Source: Ignavibacteriota bacterium | Lineage (GTDB): Bacteria > Bacteroidota > Ignavibacteria > UBA10030 > CAVZMI01 | Reading direction: 5' to 3' | Assembly: GCA_963776275.1 (NCBI GenBank) | Contig: CAVZMI010000020.1 | Coordinates: forward strand, 255,820 to 319,819 | DNA: 64,000 nt | In this document: positions 44,086-52,936 of the stretch, piece after piece | How positions within the stretch are numbered: position 1 is the first letter of the stretch | How the letters are laid out: each line of letters starts with the position of its first letter | Program-made: the position numbers and the translations under genes | Notes under the pieces: generated by a model | The model's input: the letters and a program-made list of their open reading frames with translations, nothing else | What the model was told of the DNA's origin: nothing | Database searches by the model: none

Positions 44086-44898
44086 TTATGTTCGTCCTTT
44101 CTCGATTGCTTTTTTTGCCGTACGATCAACAGCACTCGGGGCTATCAGCTTCATCCAGAGCCCTAACTTTCCCCGTGCTGTCATCACTAACTCGCGCCTT
44201 CGTTTCGTCAATGCATGCACGATCTGTCGGGCGCATTCATCGACCGGCATCACATTCGATTCCTTAAGCGGACTTTTCCCCAATGCCTTTCCATCGGCAC
44301 CAAATGCACGTTCGCGGACTTCGGTTGACACAAAACCGGGATAGACCATCGTTACACTTACTCCGTAATCTTCCAATTCGATTCGAAGCGAGTCGAAAAA
44401 ACCGGCCATGGCGTGCTTACTGGCCGCATAACCGGTTCGTGTAGGCACTCCATTTTTCCCGGTCAAACTCGAAATTCCGGCGATTCGCCCTTTATTCTTC
44501 TTTATGTACGGCAGTGCATAATATGTACAATAGACACTTCCAAGATAATTTACACGCATTATTGTTTCGAAAAACGAAAGATCGGTGACATCTTCAAATT
44601 TCGCCCACATGCTAAGTCCGGCATTATTAATAAGCATGTCGATGCGGTTGTACTCTTCGATAGTTCTCTTAATCAGCGCAGCGCATTGTTTCTCATCGCC
44701 GACATCGGTCGTAACTGCAATCGCCCGACCGCCGCGTATGGTGCACTCTTGTTTCACGGCTTCTATTCGTTCGGCATTTCGAGCAGCAAGAGACAGCCAC
44801 GCACCCTGACTGGCGAGTTGATAAGCAAGTTCGCGTCCGATTCCGCTCGAAGCGCCGGTGATGATGACGACGTTGTTTTTAAAAATGGAGTTGGGCAT
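44086..44898 (-). CDS. Short-chain dehydrogenase/reductase
   Basis: TGASSGIG, NNAG, YAASK. Confidence 0.92.
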   Translation of the reverse strand: MPNSIFKNNVVIITGASSGIGRELAYQLASQGAWLSLAARNAERIEAVKQECTIRGGRAIAVTTDVGDEKQCAALIKRTIEEYNRIDMLINNAGLSMWAKFEDVTDLSFFETIMRVNYLGSVYCTYYALPYIKKNKGRIAGISSLTGKNGVPTRTGYAASKHAMAGFFDSLRIELEDYGVSVTMVYPGFVSTEVRERAFGADGKALGKSPLKESNVMPVDECARQIVHALTKRRRELVMTARGKLGLWMKLIAPSAVDRTAKKAIEKGRT

Positions 44899-44928
44899 TT
44901 ATTCCTCTTTCGAAAAGAGCACATGTAC

Positions 44929-44976
44929 GATCTTGATTTTAACCTCGATCGTGACTTCAGCCTTGATCTCAATCTT
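44929..44976. repeat. Degenerate hexamer tandem repeat (8 x ~GATCTT)
   Basis: gatctt gatttt aacctc gatcgt gacttc agcctt gatctc aatctt. Confidence 0.55.
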
Positions 44977-45230
44977 CTGGTGCAGACAATTTAAAAATAA
45001 ATACCTTGCTATTGGCGTCGAAATAGCGTACACTATACCTACACCTAATGAGTCTACTCTACTCGTTGTTAACTCAATGGTGTTTTTTAGTCTTGCAGGG
45101 ATCGTCCCGTTAAACAGCGTTCATTACAGTCCCACCTCGATTTTTCCTGCGTACGCTGCTTCTCTATTGCTCTTCGGAACGATTGTCGTTCATTGCGCTT
45201 CATACTCTTATCATGGAGGATCCCATTCTC

Positions 45231-45434
45231 ATGAAAAATACCATTATTATATCAAGTGCTCGAGAGTGTTTCATTGATGTTATTCACGATGACGCTGATC
45301 CTAACTCATGGTTTGTCCGACGATGGAAAAGCTACTTTGAAACCAGAAAACAGGTTTCGTCCGACCGGTTTTCCAATCAGCAGCAGGCGTTAGCGTTTGC
45401 TCATTCAATGAAGCGAGAATATGACTTGCGATAA
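45231..45434 (+). CDS. Small hypothetical protein (67 aa)
   Basis: GGAGGA RBS 10 nt upstream; WGR-like beta-beta-beta-helix pattern (SWFVRRW…FSNQQQALAFA). Confidence 0.5.
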   Translation: MKNTIIISSARECFIDVIHDDADPNSWFVRRWKSYFETRKQVSSDRFSNQQQALAFAHSMKREYDLR

Positions 45435-45497
45435 TGCCGATGTTCTACGAAGAAAGCTGTTTGTATCATTGTTTATTTATTTCGTGTTCTTTATGTC

Positions 45498-46424
45498 CTA
45501 CCGGTTAATGTATATTTTTAGTGGGCTAAGTATACTATCATAGAGTGCTGAGATATTACTTCCCCGATCGGCCATCACAACGATAACAAGATTTCCGAGG
45601 TGCGTTACACAGAATTGAGACTCTTTTTGATCGCCCATAGTATAAAGTTTTGCCTGTTCCTGGAATTTCAAGTACCGGCCACTGTTCTTTATAACCTCTC
45701 GCGCTCTTTTATACCACTCTTCTGCATCTTTCTCAGAATCATACTTGAAAAGGAATACGAGGTGATTACGGTATATCCCGATAGCACCTTCCCGTACCCC
45801 AAAAATATTTCTTGTGTCGAAGTCATAAATCGAGGAAAGGCCGAGGAGTCCTCTCACATATTTATTTGCAACCAGATCTTGCTGCTGTAACAATTTACAT
45901 ATTTCCGGTTTCTTTCCCGATACATCAATTTTCATATCGATATTTTCAGCAAGTGCTAGAATTCCTTCAAGCGTTTCGCCTGTCGTATCATCGCTGGAAA
46001 TGAAAGTGAGATACTTATCCTTCCAGAACACAAGGTAATATTCATTTAGTATTGCCTCATTGCCAATATTTGCTTTTTTCCCCTGTGGGCTAGCATTGAT
46101 CGAATACATGCCACACGCTGCGGCGTCATCGGTCATTTCGTAGATTTCAAGTTTTATAGAGATATCCTTGATATTCTTATATTCAGCGGAGATGACTTGT
46201 CGAAAACCATATTCGAAATAAATATCTGCGCCGCCATCGATGAATTTATAAAGATCTTCGCCGGCAAAGATCCGGGCGGAATCGATCTGATGCCACCCGC
46301 CCGGTTCCCCTGAACCGGGAAGAATTGATGCGATACCCACTTTCTGGATTTGTGCCGGAGCTGCAGAAAATACCGCTGCAATGAAGCACAATGCCGAAAA
46401 TATCCTGCTAAAAATATTTTTCAT
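45498..46424 (-). CDS. Secreted DUF6599-like protein
   Basis: Signal peptide; F.GEDLYKFIDGGADIYFEYGF, LEIYEM…AACGMYS. Confidence 0.65.
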   Translation of the reverse strand: MKNIFSRIFSALCFIAAVFSAAPAQIQKVGIASILPGSGEPGGWHQIDSARIFAGEDLYKFIDGGADIYFEYGFRQVISAEYKNIKDISIKLEIYEMTDDAAACGMYSINASPQGKKANIGNEAILNEYYLVFWKDKYLTFISSDDTTGETLEGILALAENIDMKIDVSGKKPEICKLLQQQDLVANKYVRGLLGLSSIYDFDTRNIFGVREGAIGIYRNHLVFLFKYDSEKDAEEWYKRAREVIKNSGRYLKFQEQAKLYTMGDQKESQFCVTHLGNLVIVVMADRGSNISALYDSILSPLKIYINR

Positions 46425-46429
46425 CCTGA

Positions 46430-47362
46430 TCAGACTTCTTTTACGTTGAGTTTCTTCATATCTATTTCACCGAGACCATGCTCGGATGCAAAACGGATCA
46501 TCGATACGTCGCCCGGAATTAATCCGAGCAGAGTCGCGCAATATGCATCGACAGAAACCGGATTTGCACCGGCAACGACCTTGTGCGCTTGCTTGATCTC
46601 ACCGGGCCCCCCGGGTCCATTCGTCGTGACAAATTCGGTCGCATCGACGACGCAGAGCTCCGGTTTACGGAGCAGATTTACATCGGCAATGCATTGCGAG
46701 AGAAAATCGGGATCGGCGTAATAACTGAAAATTCCACCCTTGCCGGAACCTTGATGAAAAAACCTGTTTGTCGAGCCGGCACAGGCACCCATCATATTCT
46801 TCAGATTCGCCGTGAAATGTGTGCCTTCATGGTTTTTTACAATAGGGATATTGATGAACACATCACATTCAAGGAGCACCTTTGAAATTTTAGCCTCTTT
46901 GAGCGATTTTCCTTTTGGAATATCAGCCGCCGTTTTATCACTATTTGACTGTATAGCATCTATTTCCTTCTCAAACTGCTGATAGAGCTTGCTGCGTTTC
47001 CAATAACCGGATGAAGCGCCCTCGATAGAATAAATTTCTTTTGCCCCGGCGTCAAGGCACATCTTCAGGACTGCGAGAGCTACGTCTGGATTTGTATATG
47101 TTCCGGGCTTATCCCAGGGCGAGTTGATTAAAAGTCCGACTTTGCTCTTTTTCCACACGAATTTCCCTATTCCGCCAAGTTGCTCGACGGCCTTAACTGT
47201 ACTTGCAAAAAAATCCTTTCCATTGACAATCGAAATATCAATTCCTGCAGGATGATACCCCCCGAAAAGAACCTTTGGAAGGGATGTTAATCCTGCCATC
47301 GTTGTCACACTAAGTGTAACGCTCTGTTTAATAAATTCGCGACGATCAATCTGTTTTATCAT
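46430..47362 (-). CDS. Tat-exported DUF362 Fe-S protein
   Basis: DRREFIK Tat motif; INIPIVKNH, LKNMMG, NGPGGPG, NPVSVDAY. Confidence 0.85.
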   Translation of the reverse strand: MIKQIDRREFIKQSVTLSVTTMAGLTSLPKVLFGGYHPAGIDISIVNGKDFFASTVKAVEQLGGIGKFVWKKSKVGLLINSPWDKPGTYTNPDVALAVLKMCLDAGAKEIYSIEGASSGYWKRSKLYQQFEKEIDAIQSNSDKTAADIPKGKSLKEAKISKVLLECDVFINIPIVKNHEGTHFTANLKNMMGACAGSTNRFFHQGSGKGGIFSYYADPDFLSQCIADVNLLRKPELCVVDATEFVTTNGPGGPGEIKQAHKVVAGANPVSVDAYCATLLGLIPGDVSMIRFASEHGLGEIDMKKLNVKEV

Positions 47363-47534
47363 AAAGCCCCTCCGCTTTGATATTTTATTATGAAGAGTTT
47401 CTTAGAGTACCGGGAGGTGTTGAAAACTTGTAGGGAATATTACAAATTTGTATCGAGATGGAAAAAATAAAAAAGTCTATTCTAAGTTTGTACACACATC
47501 TCCTTAACAATACATTTCATCTTTTATCTATTTC

Positions 47535-49226
47535 TTACTGCAGCGGTTCGGCACCGAGTTCGCGCTTCATTGCCGCAATAACGGGATGATCTTCGATCTC
47601 TTTTATCACTACTGCGGCGCCGCTTTCACTTTCATGACCAGATGTGCCGATCATTGCATCGAGTCTTAATTTTGCGCCATAGATCTTCTGCGCCATGTCG
47701 GCTAAAAAATCTTTATTGCGACGGATAGAATCGAGATGGAATGCATCCGAACAATTGACCCTTACGAAACCCTGTCCGCTTTCGGTAGGCTCGACATGAC
47801 TCAACACCGAACCGAGGCTTATCCGCTGGCGGCTCACCTCGCCGACAAATTCCTCCCATCGTCCTTTGACTTCCTGAATCGAGATGAGCTGTTGTGTATA
47901 TGATTTCAGCTGCTCCGTTATCAGCGTTTTCCCTTGCGGCCGCGGCTGCGGGAGCGGGATAGACGGCCGAGAGACAGGTCGTTCGCCAGTAAAGTGAGAT
48001 GGCGATGATGAAAGTACGGAAAGCGGCTGTGCTTTCGACGGCATCGAGGCGGCAACCGTGCCGACAACTTTAACGCCCTGTGTCTCTATCTTTTTTTTTA
48101 ACTCTTCGATTTTTTCGAGAAGCTCGTTGATCTGCAGCGACGAATCCATTTTCACCATTTGTATGAGTCCTACTTCAAGCCTTACACGTGGCTGTACACT
48201 CCATTTCACTTCATTCTCTGTCGCCGATACGATTTTAAAAAGCCGAAGTAGATCGGTATCCGGGAAATCTTTTACATCGTCACTGTAACGCTTCTTATGA
48301 GGTTCGGACACAGGGATAAGCGCCGTTGATTCTGTCGCACGAACGACAAGAAAATTCCGGAAGTGTTCGGCAAGCCCGACCAGAAATTCTCTGATATCAT
48401 ACCCGCGCGCCATGATATCTTCAACAAGTGCCAGAGCTGCTTTTGTGTCTTTTGCACGAATGATATCGGTGACCCTGAAGAAAAATTCCTGATCGACAAC
48501 ATTGAGCGCCTGAAGAACATCTTTTCCCGTTACCGTTGTGCCGCAAAATGCCACCACCTGATCGAAGATGCTCTGGCTGTCCCGCATCGAGCCGTCGCCT
48601 TTCTTTGCAATCAGAAGGAGCGCATCATTATCGATCGTGATCGCCTCCTGCGTGGCAATGAAGTGCAGGCGTGATATGATCTCTTCAATTGAATTACGGC
48701 GAAAATCAAACCGCTGACAGCGCGAGAGGATCGTCGCAGGAACTTTCTGCGGTACCGTTGTGGCAAAGATGAAGACTACATGCGACGGCGGTTCCTCAAG
48801 CGTCTTCAATAATGCATTAAACGCGCCGGGCGAAAGCATGTGGACTTCATCGATGATATAGACCTTGTATTTCCCTTTTGTCGGTGTATAGCGGGCCGAT
48901 TCCCGGAGATCGCGGATTTGATCCACACTGTTGTTCGACGCACCATCGATCTCGATGACATCCATGTTGCGTCCATCCGTCGTCTCGATGCAGAACTCGC
49001 ACCCATTGCATGGATTACCATCGACCGGATGTGTGCAATTGATCACCTTCGCCAGCAGACGCGCCGTAGTGGTTTTCCCTACTCCGCGCGAACCGCTGAA
49101 CAGATACGCGTGTGCAAGCCTGTTCTGCGTAATTGCATTACGCAACGTATTCGTCACATGCGATTGTCCGACAACATCGTCGAACAGCATCGGCCGCCAT
49201 TTTCGTGCAGTAACAAGGTAGGTCAT
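47535..49226 (-). CDS. dnaX: DNA polymerase III subunit gamma/tau
   Basis: ARKWRP..FDDVVGQ, GSRGVGKTT, EIDGASN, IIDEVHML, LSRCQRF. Confidence 0.96.
   Translation of the reverse strand: MTYLVTARKWRPMLFDDVVGQSHVTNTLRNAITQNRLAHAYLFSGSRGVGKTTTARLLAKVINCTHPVDGNPCNGCEFCIETTDGRNMDVIEIDGASNNSVDQIRDLRESARYTPTKGKYKVYIIDEVHMLSPGAFNALLKTLEEPPSHVVFIFATTVPQKVPATILSRCQRFDFRRNSIEEIISRLHFIATQEAITIDNDALLLIAKKGDGSMRDSQSIFDQVVAFCGTTVTGKDVLQALNVVDQEFFFRVTDIIRAKDTKAALALVEDIMARGYDIREFLVGLAEHFRNFLVVRATESTALIPVSEPHKKRYSDDVKDFPDTDLLRLFKIVSATENEVKWSVQPRVRLEVGLIQMVKMDSSLQINELLEKIEELKKKIETQGVKVVGTVAASMPSKAQPLSVLSSSPSHFTGERPVSRPSIPLPQPRPQGKTLITEQLKSYTQQLISIQEVKGRWEEFVGEVSRQRISLGSVLSHVEPTESGQGFVRVNCSDAFHLDSIRRNKDFLADMAQKIYGAKLRLDAMIGTSGHESESGAAVVIKEIEDHPVIAAMKRELGAEPLQ
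48090..48099 (-). promoter_or_regulatory. Putative recoding/slippage site A9G in dnaX
   Basis: TTA AAA AAA AAG right after domain III; -1 frame stops after 6 codons, +1 frame after 1. Confidence 0.6.
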
Positions 49227-49268
49227 GATAGGTAATGATACAATTTTTTTTTCATTATGACAAATGGC

Positions 49269-49301
49269 TTGTTGAGACGTTCCAATGGAACGTCTCAACA
49301 A
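49269..49301. repeat. Perfect REP-type palindrome between lon and dnaX
   Basis: TTGTTGAGACGTTCCA-A-TGGAACGTCTCAACAA (16-bp arms). Confidence 0.8.
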
Positions 49302-49327
49302 TGCCCTATTTCCGTCCCCACAGCACC

Positions 49328-51739
49328 CTATTTCCGTTTCCTCCGGGGTTTCCAGGTATCAAATACGTACGGAAGAGCATCAGAAATCATATCGATCGGA
49401 ATAATGGTCAATCCTTTCCGGACTTCCTTCGGAATCTCCTCAAGCTCCTTTTCATTCTCCTTAGGAATAAGCACTATTTGTATGCCGCTTCGCTGTGCTG
49501 CAAGAAGTTTCTCGTTCAATCCACCGATGGCAAGCACATTTCCACGGAGCGTGATTTCACCCGTCATAGCAACATCGGCCCGGGCAGGTTTATTAGCCGC
49601 TGCCGATATAATTGCCATTGTCATCGTAATACCTGCCGATGGTCCGTCTTTCGGTATCGCACCTTCGGGTAGATGGACATGGATTTCCCTTTTCACGAAG
49701 AAATTCTGCGGGACACGAAGTGCTCTTACATTCGAGCGGATATAACTGAGCGCTGCCTGTGCAGATTCTTTCATCACGTCGCCCAGTTTACCGGTGAGTG
49801 TCAGCCGTTCCGGGCCGCTCATGATAGTTACATCGACACTAAGAATTTCGCCCCCAGTGCTTGTCCACGCCAGTCCTGTCACCGAACCGACACGCCGTTG
49901 TTTCACGGCATTCCGGCTCCTGAATCTTGGAACACCAAGATATTCAATTACTTTCTTTTCGCTGATGCTCATTTCATGCTTCAGCGTTCGCGTTTTCTTT
50001 TTTCTGACTTGGTTCTCGGTCACGATCTCCTTTGCCACTTTGCGGAGAACCGAGGCAATCTCGCGTTCAAGGTTCCGTACGCCGGCTTCTCGTGTATACA
50101 AATTAATAATGGTTTTTACTGCCTGATCTGAAAATCTAATTCCGCTTTTCTGGAGTCCGTGCTCGACTAATTGTTTCGGAATAATATGCCGCTTCGCAAT
50201 TTCAAACTTCTCGTGTTCGAGATAACCTGGAAGTTCGATGATTTCCATTCTGTCCTGCAGCGGCAACGGAATCTGATATCGTATATTGGCCGTTGTAATG
50301 AATATGACGGACGAGAGATCGTAATCGACATCGAGGTAGTGATCATTAAACGCAACATTTTGTTCAGGGTCGAGAACTTCGAGAAGTGCCGACGACGGAT
50401 CACCCCGGAAATCCATGCTCATTTTATCAACCTCGTCAAGCAGCATTACCGGATTAACGACGCCGACGCGTTTCATAGACTGAATGATTTTTCCCGGCAT
50501 CGATCCGATGTAGGTACGGCGGTGACCACGGATTTCGGCTTCATCGCGTACACCACCCAGTGAGATTCGCACAAATTTCCGGCCCAGTGCACGTGCAATC
50601 GACTTCCCGAGCGACGTCTTCCCGACACCGGGCGGGCCGACAAAACAAAGTATCTGGCCTTTGACCTCTTTAACAAGATTCAGGACTGCAATATGTTCGA
50701 GAATTCGCTTCTTCGGCTTTTCGAGTCCGAAATGATCCTCATTAAGAATGTGTTGAACGTGCTCGACCTTCAGGTCGTCTTTTGTACGCACAGTCCATGG
50801 AACGGCAAGTATCCAATCGAGATAATTTCGGATGACCGTTGCTTCTGGGGACATCGGCGGGGTCTTTGTCAGCTTGTCGAGCTCTTCAAGCGCTTTTTCC
50901 TCGGCATAAGCTGGCATTTTACATTTCTTAATGCTCTCCTTCAACTTTATGAATTCCGGCGATGTTTCTTCATCGCCCAGTTCACTCTGAAGAATCCTTA
51001 TCTGTTCCTGAATGAAATATTTTCTCTGCGACTTTTGAATGTTGTTGTGTACCTTCCCGTCGATTTCCTTCTCGATTTTAAGGACGTCGATTTCAGCATT
51101 CAAAATCCTGATTAACTCAAAGAATTGCTCGCGCGCATCTGTGAGCTGTAAAATTTTTTGTTTTGTTTCAACTCCTTGAAGGATATTTGCCGCCACATAG
51201 TACATTTTCCGAAGCGGTTCCTTTATATTTTCGAATGCGATAAGCACTTCCGGAGGAATATTCCGGTTCAGATGCACATATTCGGAAAAAAGTCCGGCAG
51301 TATGACGAACGAGCGCATCGAGCTCTGCATCAAGCGTCATGGTGATTTCCGGAATTGCCAGTTCGGCTTCCAGAAAATTTTCATTTTTAAGAAATTTCTT
51401 TACTGTAGCCTGTGCAACACCATCCACCAAAACTTTAAGCAATCCGTTGGGCAGTTTGAGTATTTGGATGATACGGGCAATGGTTCCTTCATGGAAAATA
51501 TCGTCCCGGCCAGGTTCATCGACGGTAGAATTTTTTTGGGAGACGAGAAATATATATTTATCACGTTCTATTGCTTCATTCGCTGCACGAAGAGATGACT
51601 CCCGCCCCACCAGCACTGGAAAGATCATGGTAGGGAAAATAACTACATCGCGAAGCGGAAGAACAGGCAGCTTTGTGGGGATTTCTTCGCCCGGAGATGC
51701 CACCGATTGTTCGGGGACGATCACTTTTTCTTGATTCAT
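49328..51739 (-). CDS. lon: ATP-dependent Lon protease
   Basis: LPVLPLRDVVIFP, GPPGVGKTS, RRTYIGSMPG, PKDGPSAG, IGGLNEKL. Confidence 0.97.
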   Translation of the reverse strand: MNQEKVIVPEQSVASPGEEIPTKLPVLPLRDVVIFPTMIFPVLVGRESSLRAANEAIERDKYIFLVSQKNSTVDEPGRDDIFHEGTIARIIQILKLPNGLLKVLVDGVAQATVKKFLKNENFLEAELAIPEITMTLDAELDALVRHTAGLFSEYVHLNRNIPPEVLIAFENIKEPLRKMYYVAANILQGVETKQKILQLTDAREQFFELIRILNAEIDVLKIEKEIDGKVHNNIQKSQRKYFIQEQIRILQSELGDEETSPEFIKLKESIKKCKMPAYAEEKALEELDKLTKTPPMSPEATVIRNYLDWILAVPWTVRTKDDLKVEHVQHILNEDHFGLEKPKKRILEHIAVLNLVKEVKGQILCFVGPPGVGKTSLGKSIARALGRKFVRISLGGVRDEAEIRGHRRTYIGSMPGKIIQSMKRVGVVNPVMLLDEVDKMSMDFRGDPSSALLEVLDPEQNVAFNDHYLDVDYDLSSVIFITTANIRYQIPLPLQDRMEIIELPGYLEHEKFEIAKRHIIPKQLVEHGLQKSGIRFSDQAVKTIINLYTREAGVRNLEREIASVLRKVAKEIVTENQVRKKKTRTLKHEMSISEKKVIEYLGVPRFRSRNAVKQRRVGSVTGLAWTSTGGEILSVDVTIMSGPERLTLTGKLGDVMKESAQAALSYIRSNVRALRVPQNFFVKREIHVHLPEGAIPKDGPSAGITMTMAIISAAANKPARADVAMTGEITLRGNVLAIGGLNEKLLAAQRSGIQIVLIPKENEKELEEIPKEVRKGLTIIPIDMISDALPYVFDTWKPRRKRK

Positions 51740-51937
51740 ATGATAAAAATGAAAAGCGGGCTCCGCGACCGCCATCCGACGGTTTCATCAATGCCCGAAA
51801 AGAATAGTACTGGATCTGAAAATTTAATGTTTTTCTTGCAAAAATATACAAAGAAAGTGCAGGAGAAGCAACACGGTTGTTTCTCATCATATGAATTCAT
51901 ATTTTCCAGTATTCATCAAACCAATACCGGAGGAACC

Positions 51938-52843
51938 ATGAAAAAATCCGCTTTTTTCTGTTTTGCTTCTTTTGTAATGATCACCATCATCATTGCGCCG
52001 TCGATGGTCGCACAGTCGATCGATGAAAGATTACACTTTTCACCTCTAGACTACGCAAAAGGTTATGTCCAGCCGCTTGTCGATGCATTCGGCGCAAATC
52101 TCAATTCCGGATTATACCACTCTGCCGATACGGAAGGAGATCTCGAAATCTATGGCGGTATAAAAATTATCTGTACATTTATTACATCCGACATGCAGAC
52201 ATTCAACACCGTATCCCCGTACAATGGACAGACGTCAACGACAGCTACGGTTCTCGGTGGAAACGGATCGGATATCCCGGGTACGATCCCTTCCGGTGCA
52301 CCGAACAAGTACCTGAGTGGTGCGGGAGCATTCGGTGACGTAAAACTTGTTCCCCTCTTTGTCCCTCAGGCATCCGTCGGAAACTACATGGGAACACAGC
52401 TGATGATCCGGTACCTGCCGGCACAAAATATGTCGGATGTGGGGAAGGTATCGTTCTGGGGATTCGGAGTCCAACACAGCCTGAGCCAATATATTTCATT
52501 AATACCGCTTCATCTCGCGGCACAGATTACGTATCAAAGTCTGACGGTTGGCGATAATTTCGATGCATCGGCTTTTTCTCTCGGGATTCAGGCAAGTAAA
52601 AAAATCCTTCTCATCACAATCTACGGCGGCCTGGCGTATGAACGCTGTACAATGGATCTTTCATACAACTATGAAGATCCGGTGAAACATACAACGCAAA
52701 AGATTACAGCCGATTTCACGGGGGGAAATACATTCCGGTTGACCGTCGGTGCAAGCGTTAATTTTCTTTTTTTCAAAATCAATGCCGATTATAGTCTTGG
52801 AAAGATACCTGTAGGAAGTATCGGAATTGGAGTTGGTTTATAA
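51938..52843 (+). CDS. Outer-membrane barrel-like protein (DUF6588-like)
   Basis: GGAGG RBS, signal peptide, Y.QPL.DAFGANLNSG, FWGFGVQHSLSQY, terminal amphipathic strands. Confidence 0.7.
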   Translation: MKKSAFFCFASFVMITIIIAPSMVAQSIDERLHFSPLDYAKGYVQPLVDAFGANLNSGLYHSADTEGDLEIYGGIKIICTFITSDMQTFNTVSPYNGQTSTTATVLGGNGSDIPGTIPSGAPNKYLSGAGAFGDVKLVPLFVPQASVGNYMGTQLMIRYLPAQNMSDVGKVSFWGFGVQHSLSQYISLIPLHLAAQITYQSLTVGDNFDASAFSLGIQASKKILLITIYGGLAYERCTMDLSYNYEDPVKHTTQKITADFTGGNTFRLTVGASVNFLFFKINADYSLGKIPVGSIGIGVGL

Positions 52844-52936
52844 CAATTGAGATTCCCCGAAATCTTCTCTATATTAAACGCCGAAGGTGGAACGGCCATC
52901 TTCGGCGTTTGTATTCACAATTGCACAGGGAATAGT

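Noticed and set aside
45000-45230. Riboswitch or ncRNA in the long leader of the 67-aa ORF
   Set aside because: No recognisable family motif or convincing structure by eye; an Rfam search would be needed
44858-45277. Numerous antisense/overlapping ORFs in the track (this one, 33741..34532, 41877..42377, 22454..22729, 61826..62176)
   Set aside because: Shadows of real genes, or translations of repeats/attC, with no protein motifs
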